The notes beneath the pieces were generated by a model that was not told the DNA's origin, ran no database searches, and saw nothing but the letters and a program-made list of their open reading frames with translations. DNA of 63,720 bases, counting the filler, from an uncultured bacterium (GTDB lineage: Bacteria; CAZDME01; JAYEMH01), in NCBI GenBank assembly GCA_964506785.1. It is 4 parts of 4 records of this genome, joined end to end, with 100 filler letters (N's around TTAATTAATTAA, not from the genome) between each part and the next. Parts side by side here need not be neighbours in the genome. Positions count along the whole stretch, not along the records: positions 1 to 19,831 come from CAZDME010000023.1; positions 19,932 to 39,214 come from CAZDME010000024.1; 2 more parts are not named here. The stretch is one strand, 5' to 3'. A program made the translations under genes and the position numbers. Within the stretch, counting starts at the first letter, position 1. Every line of letters starts with the position of its first letter. Positions 16,255 through 27,994 of this stretch are shown here, in pieces.

Positions 16255-18249
16255 TTGAACAATAACAAGATGACACACACCTATGAGCTTAGTATTCGTG
16301 ATTACGTAAGGATAATCCGAAGGAGAAAATGGATTGTCCTTTTTTGTTTTTTTATTGCCATGGCCTCGAGTCTCTTCTATACCATTAAACAAAAGCCTAC
16401 CTATATAGCTTCTGCCACAGTAAGAATACAGGAGCGAATTCCTCATAAGATGCTTACTGGTTTTTTTATCTTTCCGATGTGGGATTTAGAAACTGAGACC
16501 AGGACGATTGTCAGCTTCAAAATCGTCCAAAAGGTGGCTGTGAAATTAGGTCAGATTACACCAGAGATGTCAGAGGAGGAACAAAGTCGGATTATCAGGA
16601 AAATACAATCGGGGATTAAATCCAATCGGGAAGGCGACACGAATTTAATAAAGGTTACAGTAATATCTTCAAATCCTAAAGAACCAACTAAAATCGCCAA
16701 TTTACTTACTGCCGTTTATATTGAAGAAAACCAAAAGATTAAAAGTAAAGAGAAACGAAATTTACGCGAATTTGTCGAAAATCAGCTGGCCAAATATGAA
16801 AATGCCTTGGCGGAAAGTGAATCTGTATTAGTCTACTTTAAAGAAAGTTTACCTTTAAGTTTACAGAATCAAGCTTTAGACTCTATAGCTAGAATTCAAG
16901 ATGACCCGGCTATTTCGGAATTTCGAACCCGATTAGCTAAATTACAGGTAGAAATTTTCGATTTATTAAGAACATATACTGAAGAATATCCCCAGGTAAT
17001 AGAGCTGCGGGAAGAAATGGCTAGTCTTGAGGAACAAATCGATAACCGGATTGACGAATTAACCTCGCATGCCAAAGCTTGGCCGGAAACTAACGTGCAG
17101 TTTGCCCGCCTGCTGCGCAATTTAAATTTAAATCGGGATCTTTATCTTATGTTCAGCAAAAAATTAGAGGAGGTAAAAATTGCTGAAGCAGAAGAGGTAG
17201 CTGATGTTGAAGTGGTAGAACCAGCTGGGGCCTCCCGGCCAATAATACCAAACCGCAGCCGAAACGTAATTTTTGGGGGATTGATGGGTATTGTTTTGGG
17301 TTTAGTCGGTGCCTTTATCTCTGAAAATTTAGATATTTCTATCGGTACGATTGAAGAGGTGGAAGAATTTCTCCAGATTCCTGTTTTGGGCGTTATTCCG
17401 TACATAAAAATAGAGGAGGAAAAGAAGCAATTCTGGCATTCTTCCGCCAGTCGCCCTTCAGAAGATAAAAGGAAAATTCAGGAATTACAACTCCGCCTGC
17501 TTACTCAGTTCAGTCCTAAGTCCCTGATAACCGAAGCTTTTCGGGTTGTCCAGACCAATATCCAGTTTACCTTTTTGGAAAAATTAGGTAATACTATGGC
17601 TTTTGTCTCGGTGGGCCCCAAAGAAGGGAAAACCCTGACGGCAACTAACTGCGCCATCACTATGGCACAGATGGGGAAGAAAACCTTATTGGTGGATTGT
17701 GACCTTCGCCGGCCGGCCATTCATAAAATATTTGGATTAAGTAAAGAAGAAGGTCTTCACGAAGTCCTGATAGGAGATTTGAATAAAGAGAAAGCGGCCA
17801 AAACCATGACTGATGTTCTTTTGGGTAATCTTGAAACCAAGGGGGTATTGCAGAGTCATGCTTTGGAAAATTTAAGTATGGTTTTTTCCGGGCATCTGGT
17901 TTCGAATCCAGCGGCCCTGCTTAGTTCCAATAAAATGGCTGAGTTGATTCATTACTGGAAAAATAAATATGATGTGGTAATTTTCGATACCCCTCCCGTC
18001 CTGCCAGTCTCTGATGCATCCATTTTGGCATCTCAAATAGATGGTGTAGTATTGGTTTATCAAGTAGGGAAGGTTGCCCGGGGAGCTCTTCGCCGAGCCA
18101 AAATGCAGTTAGAAAGCGTAGGGGGAAAAGTGGCCGGTATAGTTTTGAACAATATCCGGGCAACAGAGATGGAATTGAGCGACGCCTACTACTATTACTA
18201 TTATAGGTATGGTGACGATACAGAAAAGAAGAAACATAGGAATATTTAA
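16255..18249 (+). CDS. wzc: Polysaccharide co-polymerase/BY-kinase (Wzc family)
   Basis: Two TM helices around a coiled-coil domain; Walker A GPKEGKT; LVDCDLRRP; DTPPV; C-terminal Tyr cluster YYYYYYRY. Start may be ATG 16270. Confidence 0.93.
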   Translation: MNNNKMTHTYELSIRDYVRIIRRRKWIVLFCFFIAMASSLFYTIKQKPTYIASATVRIQERIPHKMLTGFFIFPMWDLETETRTIVSFKIVQKVAVKLGQITPEMSEEEQSRIIRKIQSGIKSNREGDTNLIKVTVISSNPKEPTKIANLLTAVYIEENQKIKSKEKRNLREFVENQLAKYENALAESESVLVYFKESLPLSLQNQALDSIARIQDDPAISEFRTRLAKLQVEIFDLLRTYTEEYPQVIELREEMASLEEQIDNRIDELTSHAKAWPETNVQFARLLRNLNLNRDLYLMFSKKLEEVKIAEAEEVADVEVVEPAGASRPIIPNRSRNVIFGGLMGIVLGLVGAFISENLDISIGTIEEVEEFLQIPVLGVIPYIKIEEEKKQFWHSSASRPSEDKRKIQELQLRLLTQFSPKSLITEAFRVVQTNIQFTFLEKLGNTMAFVSVGPKEGKTLTATNCAITMAQMGKKTLLVDCDLRRPAIHKIFGLSKEEGLHEVLIGDLNKEKAAKTMTDVLLGNLETKGVLQSHALENLSMVFSGHLVSNPAALLSSNKMAELIHYWKNKYDVVIFDTPPVLPVSDASILASQIDGVVLVYQVGKVARGALRRAKMQLESVGGKVAGIVLNNIRATEMELSDAYYYYYYRYGDDTEKKKHRNI

Positions 18250-18268
18250 TTAGTTCTTTAAAACCCAG

Positions 18269-18505
18269 ATGTTCGAATTTCTTTTTGTCCTTTCTTTGGT
18301 GATTTTCATCGGAGTCAATATCAGTATCCGCAGATGGCGTTACTCTTTTAAGTTTTTCTGGGTGATTGTCTTATTAACTTTACTAAGCCTTTTTACCATA
18401 TTTACCTTTACCGAAATCCACAATGGGTATAATATTTTAATTTTCTTTGCCCTGCTTTTTTTTACTGTGGGTATAGGGATATATCTGTGCCGGAGATATT
18501 TGTGA
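18269..18505 (+). CDS. Small hydrophobic membrane protein (about 3 TM helices), unknown function
   Basis: 78-aa ORF filling the gap between wzc and the ligase gene on the same strand. Confidence 0.6.
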   Translation: MFEFLFVLSLVIFIGVNISIRRWRYSFKFFWVIVLLTLLSLFTIFTFTEIHNGYNILIFFALLFFTVGIGIYLCRRYL

Positions 18506-18512
18506 GGCCAAA

Positions 18513-19831
18513 ATGAAATCGTTATATCCTAAAACACTTATCCAATCGGGGATTATTTTAAGTGCTGTTTTTTTTGTAAGCTGGACCTTCGGAAATCTTA
18601 CCGTTACCGCCTTTCCCTTAACTTTAGCTTTATTAGCCGGCGTAGTCATTGCCCTGATAGTTTTCCTTAATACCGAATTAGCTTTAATAATCTTAATTTT
18701 TTCTATGTTATTATCGCCTGAATTCGATATCATGGAGTTGCATGAAAGGTCTGTGGTTATACGTATTGATGATGTCCTTCTAGTTTTTGCTTTTTTTGCC
18801 TGGTTAGCCAAAACGGCCGTTCATAAGCAAATGGCCTTTTTCCGCCGTACTCCTCTCAACATACCTATTATTACCTATATTTCGGTCTGCATTTTTTCCA
18901 GTATTTTTGGCGTTTATGCAGGAAGAATAAATCCCGTAACTACTTCTTTCTACATCTTAAAATATATTGAATATCCCATGATTTTTTTTATGGTGGTAAA
19001 TATCTTGAGAGACCAAAAACAGATAAAACGTTTTCTAACCTTTATTATACTAACCTACGTTATCGTCTGTCTTAATTCTTATTTTCAGATCGGTCATATC
19101 CCCAGGGTGACCGCTCCCTTTGAAGGCCTAGGTTCTCGAGCCCAACCCAATACTTTTTCCGGATATCTCATGTTTATTATGGCTATTCTTTCTGGGTTTT
19201 ATCTCCACGCTAGATTTTTTCGGGAAAAGTGGCTCTATGGATGTCTCTTCCTTTTGGGGATACCGCCTTTTTTATATACTTTCTCTCGATCGGGATATGT
19301 GGCAATCATTGCCATGTTTATTGCCTTGGCTTTTTTAACCAGAAAAAAAAGGACAATTATAATTTTAGGTTTTTTAGTGATATTTATACTCAGTCCCTTT
19401 TGGCTTCCTTCACCAGTTGTAGAGAGAATCAAGACTACTTTTGTCGGGCCTAAATATGAATTGATGGGTTTCCCTCTACAGTTAGAAAGATCGGCTGGAG
19501 ATAGAATTCTATCTTGGAATATCGCTTTTAAACTTTGGCCCCAACGGCCGTGGCTGGGATATGGGGTAAGTTACATATTTTTAGATATTCAATATATTAC
19601 GGTATTACTGGAAACAGGAGTTCTGGGAATTTTTGCTTTTGCTTGGATATTGGTAACTATTTTTCGATCTGTCCTGCGTATTTATGACAAATTTAAAGAA
19701 AATATCTTTGCCCAAGCCTTAAGCTTAGGATATTTAGCTGGATTTGTTGGTTTATTGCTTCACGCGTTAACTGTTAATACCTTTATCATCGTAAGAATTA
19801 TGGAGCCCTTCTGGTTTATAACCGCCATGGT
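18513..19831 (+). CDS. O-antigen ligase/Wzy polymerase family protein (cut at contig end)
   Basis: Many TM helices; QPNTFSGYL; TFSRSG; R...W...PWLGYG; LLETGVLG. Confidence 0.88.
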
Positions 19832-19931
19832 NNNNNNNNNNNNNNNNNNNNNNNNNNNNNNNNNNNNNNNNNNNNTTAATTAATTAANNNNNNNNNNNNN
19901 NNNNNNNNNNNNNNNNNNNNNNNNNNNNNNN
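19832..19931. other. Artificial contig spacer
   Basis: 44 N + TTAATTAATTAA (stops in all six frames) + 44 N. Confidence 0.98.
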
Positions 19932-20122
19932 ATAAATTCCGTGCGGTAGAGTAATTGATTATTCCGGTGAAGAAAAATCTGCGCGTCAGTAATAACTAAT
20001 GATTTTTTGGGAATATTAAAAAAATCTGAAATTCTTCCTCCAGGAGTAATATGGATTTTTCCCTCAACGCGAAAATCATCTAAAATGGCAATTACCTCTA
20101 TTTCTTCCCGTTCAACTCTCAT
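19932..20122 (-). CDS. Small hypothetical protein (DUF6812-like), cut at contig end
   Basis: MRVEREEIEVIAILDDFRVEGKIHITPGGRISDFFN...LVITDA; directly follows leuC. Family call from memory of the motif. Confidence 0.55.
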
Positions 20123-20131
20123 TTTCTACCT

Positions 20132-21394
20132 TTAGAGGCTATCGGGCCCACTAATTTTTCCCGCTACAGCACTGGCAGCAGCTACGGCCGGACCGGATAA
20201 AAACACCTGGCTTTGAAGATCCCCCATGCGACCGACAAAATTACGGTTAGTAGTTGATATGGCCCGCTCTCCTCTAGCTAAAATACCCATATGACCACCT
20301 AAACAAGGCCCGCAAGTAGGGGTAGAAACTACCGCTCCGGATTTGATAAAAATTTCTATCAGCCCTTCTTTTAAAGCCTCTAAATAAATCTTTTGCGTAG
20401 CCGGTATAATAATCGCCCGAACGGTTGATTTTACCTTTCTTCCTTTTAGAATTTTAGCTGCTACACGTAAATCCGAGAGGCGGCCGTTGGTACATGAACC
20501 AATTACGGCCTGATCGATAGAAATCCTTCCAACTTTATCAATCGGTCTGGTATTAGAAGGAAGATGGGGAAAGGCTACCTGTAAATCTATTTTTTTCGCT
20601 TCGAACTTAAAAAATTTTTTATATCGAGCCTTTTTATCACTACGATAAATTTTATATCCCTTTTTTCGGGGCAGTTTAGTCAAATACTGTTCGGTAATTT
20701 TATCTGGTTCAATAATCCCGCTCTTAGCGCCAGCTTCAATAGCCATATTGCAAATAGTCAACCGTCCATCTATTTCTAATTTTTTGATGGTCTCACCGTT
20801 AAATTCCATAGCGGCGTAACGAGCACCATCGACACCAATCTTCCCGATAGTGTAAAGAATGATATCCTTGCCACCTACCCACTTTTTTAAATTGCCCATA
20901 TAGGTAAACTTTATTGATGGAGGAACCCTGAGCCAGACTAATCCTTTGATAAAAGCATAAGCTAAATCAGTGCTGCCTATGCCCGTAGCAAAGGCCCCTA
21001 GGGCACCATAGGTACAGGTATGAGAATCGGCACCGATAATTAAGTCGCCAGGGAAAACCAGACCTGCTTCGGGAAGAAGAGCATGTTCAATCCCCATCTG
21101 GCCAACTTTAAAAAAATATTCTATTTTCTGTTTTTTGGCAAAATCTTTAAGGATTTTTACCTGGGTGGCCGATTCGATATCTTTACTAGGCGTAAAATGA
21201 TCTGGAACCAGAACAATTTTTCGAGGGTTGAAAACCTTCCGGGCTTTAGCTTTATTAAATTCTTCGATAGCCAGGGGGGCGGTAATATCATTACCTAATC
21301 CTAAATCAACTCGTGCCAAGATGAATTCACCTGGGTTAACTTCTTTCCGGCCAGAATGAGCAGCTAGAATTTTCTCGGTAATGGTCATAGCCAT
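20132..21394 (-). CDS. leuC: 3-isopropylmalate dehydratase large subunit (short LeuC/HacA type)
   Basis: TITEKIL; DHF; GADSHTCT; CNMAIE; GSCTNGR; CGPCLG; STTNRNF. Confidence 0.93.
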   Translation of the reverse strand: MAMTITEKILAAHSGRKEVNPGEFILARVDLGLGNDITAPLAIEEFNKAKARKVFNPRKIVLVPDHFTPSKDIESATQVKILKDFAKKQKIEYFFKVGQMGIEHALLPEAGLVFPGDLIIGADSHTCTYGALGAFATGIGSTDLAYAFIKGLVWLRVPPSIKFTYMGNLKKWVGGKDIILYTIGKIGVDGARYAAMEFNGETIKKLEIDGRLTICNMAIEAGAKSGIIEPDKITEQYLTKLPRKKGYKIYRSDKKARYKKFFKFEAKKIDLQVAFPHLPSNTRPIDKVGRISIDQAVIGSCTNGRLSDLRVAAKILKGRKVKSTVRAIIIPATQKIYLEALKEGLIEIFIKSGAVVSTPTCGPCLGGHMGILARGERAISTTNRNFVGRMGDLQSQVFLSGPAVAAASAVAGKISGPDSL

Positions 21395-21404
21395 AATGAC
21401 ACCA

Positions 21405-22925
21405 TCATTTTTCTCGACGCTGTAATATCCTATTAACCGCGTTTAGATAAGCACGGGCACTGGCTTCAATAATATCGGTGCTGGCTCCCTTACCAAGAAA
21501 AACCCCTTCTTCAATCTTGACCTTAATGGTCACCTCCCCAATAGCATCTTTGCCCTTGGTAACCGAGTTAACTGTATAATCAATCAGTTCTCCGGTCAAT
21601 CCGGTTACCTTATCAATCGTTTTATAAACAGCGTCAATAGGACCGTCGCCCTTACCTGTTTCAGTAATAAGTTTGCCTTTTCTCTTAAGGGTAACCGTCG
21701 CTTCTGGAATTATTTTTGTGCCACTAGTTACTTTCAAACTATCTAAAGAGAAAACTTCAGGCAATGAGATTAGTTCGCCTTCGACAATGATGGCCAAATC
21801 TTCATCATAGATTTCTTTTTTCTTATCGGCTAAGACTTTAAATTCTTCAAAGGCTTTTTGAACTTCATTCTCTGGGAGACGATAACCCAACTCTTCCAAT
21901 CGTTCCCGGAAAGCATGACGACCAGAATGCTTGCCTAAAACCAGTTTACTCATTTTTAAACCGATGGTTTCCGCCCTCATAATTTCATATGTAGTCGGCT
22001 CCTTTAAAACGCCATCCTGATGAATACCGGCTTCATGGGCAAAGGCATTGGCACCAACAATAGCTTTGTTAGGCTGGACCGGTATACCGGTTAAATGACT
22101 AACCAGCCGGCTGGTTTTATAAATCGCCCGGGTATTGATATCGGTCCTAAATTTAAAAAAATCACTTCGAGTAGCCATGGCCATAACTACCTCTTCTAAA
22201 GACGTATTGCCGGCTCTTTCGCCGATGCCGTTAATAGTACACTCTATCTGCCGGGCACCATTGATTACGGCCGAAAGCGAGTTAGCTACCGCCAAACCTA
22301 AATCATTGTGGCAATGGACGCTGATAACAGCCTTCTTAATATTTTTTACTCTTTCACCAATCGTCCTAATTAAATGGCCAAATTCCTCTGGCATAGTAAA
22401 ACCAACGGTATCAGGGATATTAATTGTTCCAGCTCCAGCTTCAATGACCGCCTCAATTATCTCGCAGAGAAAATCAACATTACTCCGACCGGCATCTTCC
22501 GGAGAAAATTCTACATCGCTAACATGCTTTTTGGCCAATCTTACCGCTTCAACCGCATTCTTTATAACCTCTTTACGGCTCATCTTCAATTTGTACTTAA
22601 GATGAATTTCGGAAGTAGCAATAAAGGTGTGAATGCGTCTTTTTGGCGCCTTTTTTAAAGCTTGGACGGCAGACAAAATATCTTCATCAACGGCCCGAGC
22701 CAAACCACAAATGACTGGCCCCCGAACCGCTTCGGCAACTGATTTAACGGCTTCAAAATCACCGGGAGAGGAAACAGGAAACCCGGCTTCAATTATGTCA
22801 ACTTTCAACCGAGCCAGCTGTTTGGCAACTTCCAGTTTCTCTCTGACATTGAGACTGGCTCCAGGGGACTGCTCCCCATCCCTCAAAGTAGTATCAAAAA
22901 TTATTACTTTTTCCATAAATCCCAA
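21405..22925 (-). CDS. leuA: 2-isopropylmalate synthase
   Basis: [41 protein letters not shown]-terminal regulatory domain. Confidence 0.97.
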   Translation of the reverse strand: MGFMEKVIIFDTTLRDGEQSPGASLNVREKLEVAKQLARLKVDIIEAGFPVSSPGDFEAVKSVAEAVRGPVICGLARAVDEDILSAVQALKKAPKRRIHTFIATSEIHLKYKLKMSRKEVIKNAVEAVRLAKKHVSDVEFSPEDAGRSNVDFLCEIIEAVIEAGAGTINIPDTVGFTMPEEFGHLIRTIGERVKNIKKAVISVHCHNDLGLAVANSLSAVINGARQIECTINGIGERAGNTSLEEVVMAMATRSDFFKFRTDINTRAIYKTSRLVSHLTGIPVQPNKAIVGANAFAHEAGIHQDGVLKEPTTYEIMRAETIGLKMSKLVLGKHSGRHAFRERLEELGYRLPENEVQKAFEEFKVLADKKKEIYDEDLAIIVEGELISLPEVFSLDSLKVTSGTKIIPEATVTLKRKGKLITETGKGDGPIDAVYKTIDKVTGLTGELIDYTVNSVTKGKDAIGEVTIKVKIEEGVFLGKGASTDIIEASARAYLNAVNRILQRREK

Positions 22926-22944
22926 CTACAAACTATGGGTTAAA

Positions 22945-23937
22945 TTATTTCTTCATCCAGGGCATCATTTTGCGGAGGCGCCTACCAACTTCTTCAATCG
23001 AATGTTTTTCTTCTTTCTTTACGGCGGCACGAAACACCGGACGGTTGGCCTGATTTTCGGCAATCCATTCGCGGGCAAACTCACCACTTTTAATTTCACC
23101 CAGAATTTTCTTCATTTCTTGACGAGTTGTTTCAGTAATTATGCGCTTCCCCCGGGTAAAATCTCCATATTCAGCGGTATCGCTTACCCGATTACGCATA
23201 CCCATAATACCATTTTCATAAATCATGTCAGTAATCAGTTTCAATTCGTGAAGGCACTCAAAATAAGCCACCTCAGGTTGATAGCCAGCTTCCGCTAAAG
23301 TTTCAAATCCCGCCTTAATCAGCTCTGTAACTCCACCACAGAGAACCGTCTGCTCACCAAATAAATCTGTTTCTGTTTCCTCGGCAAAAGTAGTTTCAAT
23401 AACCCCGGCGCGGGTTCCGCCAATGGCCCGGGCGTAGGCTAAAGCCAACTGTTTGGCTTTACCGCTGGCATTTTGATATACGGCTAGTAAACAAGGGACA
23501 CCCTTTTTCTCCTGATACATTCGCCGAACCAAACTGCCTGGACCTTTAGGAGCAACCATAAAAACGTCAACATAAGCAGGCGGAATAATCTGATGAAAAT
23601 GAATATTAAAGCCGTGTGAAAAAACCAAGGCTTTCCCTTTGGTTAAATTCGGTTCGATAGCTTCCTGATAAACTTTAGGTTGAACCGGATCCTGGGTTAA
23701 AATTTGAATCACCTGGGAATCCTTAGCCGCCTGACCAGCGGAAAGCGGTTTAAATCTATCTTTAACAGCTTGAGCATAATTTTTCGATCCCTTAAGCTCA
23801 GCGACAACAACCCTAACACCGCTGTCTCGAAGATTTAAAGCCTGGCCTCTTCCCTGAATACCATAGCCAATGATAGCTACAGTTTTATTCTTCAAAAGTT
23901 TGGGATTTGCATCTTTGTCATAATACACCTTGGCCAT
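22945..23937 (-). CDS. ilvC: Ketol-acid reductoisomerase
   Basis: [34 protein letters not shown]. Confidence 0.98.
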   Translation of the reverse strand: MAKVYYDKDANPKLLKNKTVAIIGYGIQGRGQALNLRDSGVRVVVAELKGSKNYAQAVKDRFKPLSAGQAAKDSQVIQILTQDPVQPKVYQEAIEPNLTKGKALVFSHGFNIHFHQIIPPAYVDVFMVAPKGPGSLVRRMYQEKKGVPCLLAVYQNASGKAKQLALAYARAIGGTRAGVIETTFAEETETDLFGEQTVLCGGVTELIKAGFETLAEAGYQPEVAYFECLHELKLITDMIYENGIMGMRNRVSDTAEYGDFTRGKRIITETTRQEMKKILGEIKSGEFAREWIAENQANRPVFRAAVKKEEKHSIEEVGRRLRKMMPWMKK

Positions 23938-23952
23938 GATTTTCCTCCCTTT

Positions 23953-24426
23953 TTAGTTTTTCGCAATAGCAATTCTCCCTGTTCGCACCAATTCAGTAAT
24001 GCCAAACGGTTTAAATAGTTCAATAAATTCCTGAATGCGATTTCCTGTTCCGCGCATCTCAATGGTTACTGTGTTGGAACTCATATTAACGATTTTCGCC
24101 TCATTTATTTCTGCCATTTGCTGGATATCGGAGCGGGTCCGGCCATCAGCCTTTACGGTGACCAAAATCAATTCTCGCTCGATAAATCCCCTTTTGGTTA
24201 AATCCTGGACAACAATAACATCAATCAATTTATTTAGCTGTTTGTTTACCTGCTCTAAAATGCGGTCATCTCCTTCGACAACAATAGTCATCCGGGAGAC
24301 ACTTGGATCTTCAGTTTCTCCAACAGTAAGACTGGTAATATTAAAACCGCGAGCACTAAAAAGCCCGGCAATTCGGGCTAAAACCCCAAATCGATTTTCA
24401 ACCAAGCAAGATATCGTATGCTTCAC
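23953..24426 (-). CDS. ilvN: Acetolactate synthase small (regulatory) subunit
   Basis: ACT domain VENRFGVLARIAGLFSARGFNI; KQLNKLIDV; ELVRTG. Confidence 0.96.
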   Translation of the reverse strand: MKHTISCLVENRFGVLARIAGLFSARGFNITSLTVGETEDPSVSRMTIVVEGDDRILEQVNKQLNKLIDVIVVQDLTKRGFIERELILVTVKADGRTRSDIQQMAEINEAKIVNMSSNTVTIEMRGTGNRIQEFIELFKPFGITELVRTGRIAIAKN

Positions 24427-24437
24427 TTTATCCTCCT

Positions 24438-26114
24438 TTAGGCCAATCCGGAAATCATCTCCTTAAGTGAGGCTCCGGCTGGTACCATAGGAAAAACATT
24501 CTCTTCCTGAATTACCTTAAAATTTAAAAATACCGGCTGGACTATTTGTATGGCCTTTTCAATCGCCGGTCTTACTTCTTCTCTCTTATCGACTTCAATC
24601 CCCACCGCACCAAAGGCTTCAGCTATTTTAACAAAATCAGGGTTTTTAAGACAGGTACTTGAATATCTTTTTTTATAAAAAAGCTCCTGCCATTGCCTAA
24701 CCATTCCCAAAGCAGAATTATTCAATATGGCAACCTTTACCGGAGCCTGATAGGAAACGGCAGTGGTTAACTCTTGAATATTCATCTGGATACTGCCATC
24801 ACCGGCAATATCAAAAACAATTTTATCTGGCTTGCCCAATTGCGCCCCAATAGCCGCCGGGAAACCATAACCCATTGTCCCCAAACCTCCAGAAGAAAGA
24901 AAGGTTCTTGGCTTTTCATATCTATAAAACTGAGCGGCCCACATCTGGTTTTGTCCTACCTCGGTAGTAATAATCGCTTCGCCTTTAGTTGCTTCGTATA
25001 TCTGCTCGACAACATATTGCGGTTTAATCCCTTGCCCATCATCTTTATAGGTAAGGGGATATTTCCCCTTCCAGTCTTGGACTTTTTTCATCCATATTTC
25101 GATTGAAGGAGATGAGACTCTCTTATTTATGGATGATAGAACCCTTTTCACGTCTCCAACAATGGGAATAGCCACAGGAACATTTTTACTTATGGAAGTA
25201 GGGTCAATATCAATTTGGATAATCTTCGCCTGAGGAGCAAAATCTTTAATCCGGCCGGTCACCCGGTCATCAAAACGAGCCCCAACAGCAATAATCAAAT
25301 CTGACTCCATAATGGCATGATTAGCATATTGCGTCCCATGCATACCCAACATCCCTAAAGAAAGTTTATGGGTTGAAGGAAATCCGCCTAGACCCAAAAG
25401 AGTAGTGGTAACCGGAATTTGAGTCTTTTCGGCAAATTCCTTTATTTCTTTATCTGCTCCCGCGCTAATTATTCCACCCCCGGCATAAATTATCGGCTGT
25501 TTAGATTGAGAAATTGCCAGAAGAGCCCGTTTAATTTGCCCAGGATGACCTTCATAAGTTGGCTGATAACTGCGGATGTCTATTTTTTCTGGATAATGAA
25601 ATTCTGCCTGTGCCATACTAATATCTTTGGGAATATCAATCAATACTGGCCCGGGCCGGCCGCTCCGGGCAATATAAAAAGCTTCTTTGATGATACGAGC
25701 AAAATCCTTTACATCTTCAACCAAATAATTATGTTTGGTAATTGGCCGGGTAATGCCGGTAATATCCGCTTCTTGAAAGGCATCATTACCAATCATTTTT
25801 GTTGGCACCTGCCCGGTCAAAGCTACCAAAGGAATAGAATCCATATAAGCGGTGGCAATACCGGTAACTAAATTAGTCGCCCCTGGACCAGAAGTAGCAA
25901 TACAAACACCAACTTTTCCGGTGGCCCGGGCATAACCATCAGCCGCATGAACAGCTGCTTGTTCATGCCGGGTTAAAACAAATTTTATTGATGCGTCATA
26001 AAGCGCATCAAAAATAGGTAATACTGATCCCCCGGGATAGCCAAATAGAATATCCACTTTTTCCTTTATCAAAGATTTAATTAAGATCTCCGCTCCAGTC
26101 ATCCTTATCTCCAC
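24438..26114 (-). CDS. ilvB: Acetolactate synthase large subunit
   Basis: [18 protein letters not shown]; ThDP motif GDGSIQMN...NN; MVRQWQ. Confidence 0.97.
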   Translation of the reverse strand: MEIRMTGAEILIKSLIKEKVDILFGYPGGSVLPIFDALYDASIKFVLTRHEQAAVHAADGYARATGKVGVCIATSGPGATNLVTGIATAYMDSIPLVALTGQVPTKMIGNDAFQEADITGITRPITKHNYLVEDVKDFARIIKEAFYIARSGRPGPVLIDIPKDISMAQAEFHYPEKIDIRSYQPTYEGHPGQIKRALLAISQSKQPIIYAGGGIISAGADKEIKEFAEKTQIPVTTTLLGLGGFPSTHKLSLGMLGMHGTQYANHAIMESDLIIAVGARFDDRVTGRIKDFAPQAKIIQIDIDPTSISKNVPVAIPIVGDVKRVLSSINKRVSSPSIEIWMKKVQDWKGKYPLTYKDDGQGIKPQYVVEQIYEATKGEAIITTEVGQNQMWAAQFYRYEKPRTFLSSGGLGTMGYGFPAAIGAQLGKPDKIVFDIAGDGSIQMNIQELTTAVSYQAPVKVAILNNSALGMVRQWQELFYKKRYSSTCLKNPDFVKIAEAFGAVGIEVDKREEVRPAIEKAIQIVQPVFLNFKVIQEENVFPMVPAGASLKEMISGLA

Positions 26115-26173
26115 AAAGTAGTTTGTTTTTTCTCTAAGTTTACAGTTTTGAACTTTTTTCTTTATACTGTTAA

Positions 26174-27829
26174 CTATTTTCTAAAAATTGCCCCGCTACT
26201 AGCCGAAGTAACCAATTGGGCATAACGCCTCAAATAACCAGTTTTTATCTTAGCTTCTGGAGGCTGCCAAAATTTCCCTCTTTCCTCTAATTCCCCGGGC
26301 ATCAGATTAAGCTCAAGTTTTCTCGCCGGAATATCAATGATAATTTCATCACCCTCTTCCACTAAAGCAATCGGGCCTCCAGCGGCCGCCTCTGGAGATA
26401 TATGTCCAATGCAAGGCCCCCGGGTTCCACCAGAAAAACGCCCGTCGGTAACTAAAGCTACTTCTTCACCCAAGCCCAAGCCAACTAAGGTAGAAGTGGG
26501 AAGAAGCATCTCTCTCATCCCCGGACCACCCTTTGGTCCCTCATAACGGATAACAACCACATCGCCTTTTTTAATCTGATTCTTGAGAATCGCATCCAAA
26601 GCTTTTTCTTCAGAATTAAAAACCCTGGCTGGACCGCGAAATTGTTTGGCCTTATTGCTTACTGCCGCCTGCTTTACCACCGCTCCGTCAGGAGCCAATG
26701 TCCCAAAAAGCACGGCGATGCCTCCTTCAGCGGCAATCGGATTATCTAAACTATGAATTATATCTTGGCTATGAATCATCCCCTGTTTAGCCACTTCCTT
26801 TACTTTTTCACCAGTTACGGTTAAACCATTCTCCAACTTAGGTAAAAGAGCCTGCATTAATCCAGGAATACCTCCGGCGGCATCTAAATCTTCCATAAAA
26901 TAATCTCCTCCGGGACGAAGACTGGTAAGCTGAGGGGTTTGGCGCGATATCTGGTCAAATAAAATCAAAGGAAGATTAATTCCGGCTTCAGAGGCGATGG
27001 CTGTCAAATGCAAAGCCGTATTAGTTGAACCACTTAAAGCCATATCCGCCCGAATAGCGTTTCGAAAATTTTCTTCTTTCATAATCATCCGGCTGGTGAG
27101 ATTTTTTTTAACCAGTTCGACAATTTTTTCGCCACTAGCCTCAGCAATTCTTTTCTTCTTAGCTGATACCGCCAGAGCAGTAGCACAACCAGGCAAACTC
27201 ATACCCATAACTTCGGCCAAACAGGACATGGTGTTAGCCGTATACATTCCCTGACAGGAACCCGCCCCGGGACAGGCCTCAATAGTTAAATTTTCTAACT
27301 CAACTTCATCAATTTCCCCTTTTTTGAAACGGCCTATGGCTTCAAAGGTATCACGAACCAGAGAAAGCTTTCTCATTTTATATCGCCCGGAAAGCATCGG
27401 CCCAGCCGTAACCATAATGCAGGGTATATCCAAACGAGCCGCCGCCATCAGCATCCCCGGGGTAATTTTATCACAGTTGGTAAGAAGCACCAAGCCATCA
27501 AAGGCATGAGCCATGGATACTGATTCAACAGCATCGGCAATCAATTCCCGGGTGGGCAGGGAATAATGCATCCCCAGATGCCCCATAGCCACACCATCAC
27601 AGACTCCGGGAATGCCAAAGAAAAAAGGCAGCCCGCCTCCTGAACAAATACCTCTTTCAATCCAGCGTTCCAAATCACGCATACCGACATGTCCGGGGAT
27701 AAGATCACTGAAAGCAGTAGCTACACCAATAAAAGGTTTAGAAAAATCTTTTTTGCTAATACCAGTAGCAAATAGTAAGGCTCGATGAGGAACCCTTTCT
27801 ATTCCTTTTTTAGTTACATCACTACGCAT
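26174..27829 (-). CDS. ilvD: Dihydroxy-acid dehydratase
   Basis: [47 protein letters not shown]. Confidence 0.97.
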   Translation of the reverse strand: MRSDVTKKGIERVPHRALLFATGISKKDFSKPFIGVATAFSDLIPGHVGMRDLERWIERGICSGGGLPFFFGIPGVCDGVAMGHLGMHYSLPTRELIADAVESVSMAHAFDGLVLLTNCDKITPGMLMAAARLDIPCIMVTAGPMLSGRYKMRKLSLVRDTFEAIGRFKKGEIDEVELENLTIEACPGAGSCQGMYTANTMSCLAEVMGMSLPGCATALAVSAKKKRIAEASGEKIVELVKKNLTSRMIMKEENFRNAIRADMALSGSTNTALHLTAIASEAGINLPLILFDQISRQTPQLTSLRPGGDYFMEDLDAAGGIPGLMQALLPKLENGLTVTGEKVKEVAKQGMIHSQDIIHSLDNPIAAEGGIAVLFGTLAPDGAVVKQAAVSNKAKQFRGPARVFNSEEKALDAILKNQIKKGDVVVIRYEGPKGGPGMREMLLPTSTLVGLGLGEEVALVTDGRFSGGTRGPCIGHISPEAAAGGPIALVEEGDEIIIDIPARKLELNLMPGELEERGKFWQPPEAKIKTGYLRRYAQLVTSASSGAIFRK

Positions 27830-27890
27830 TTTTCCCTCCGCTAATAACTGTGAAAATCTAAAGACTACATCCTTGGCTTTTAGAGGCTAT

Positions 27891-27919
27891 ATTGTATAGC
27901 ATACACCTGGAGGTGTCAA
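27891..27919 (-). promoter_or_regulatory. sigma70 promoter of the ilv-leu operon with an overlapping palindrome
   Basis: Minus strand reads TTGACA-17 nt-TACAAT; ACACCT-GG-AGGTGT palindrome at 27903-27916. Confidence 0.75.
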
Positions 27920-27994
27920 ACTATTTATTGATAAAGGTCACTTTCTGTTTCTGTGTAGAATTTAATGTGCAACAACCAAATAATTCTAATAAAG

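Noticed and set aside
18186-18210. TAC/TAT trinucleotide run at the end of wzc
   Set aside because: Encodes the normal BY-kinase tyrosine cluster.
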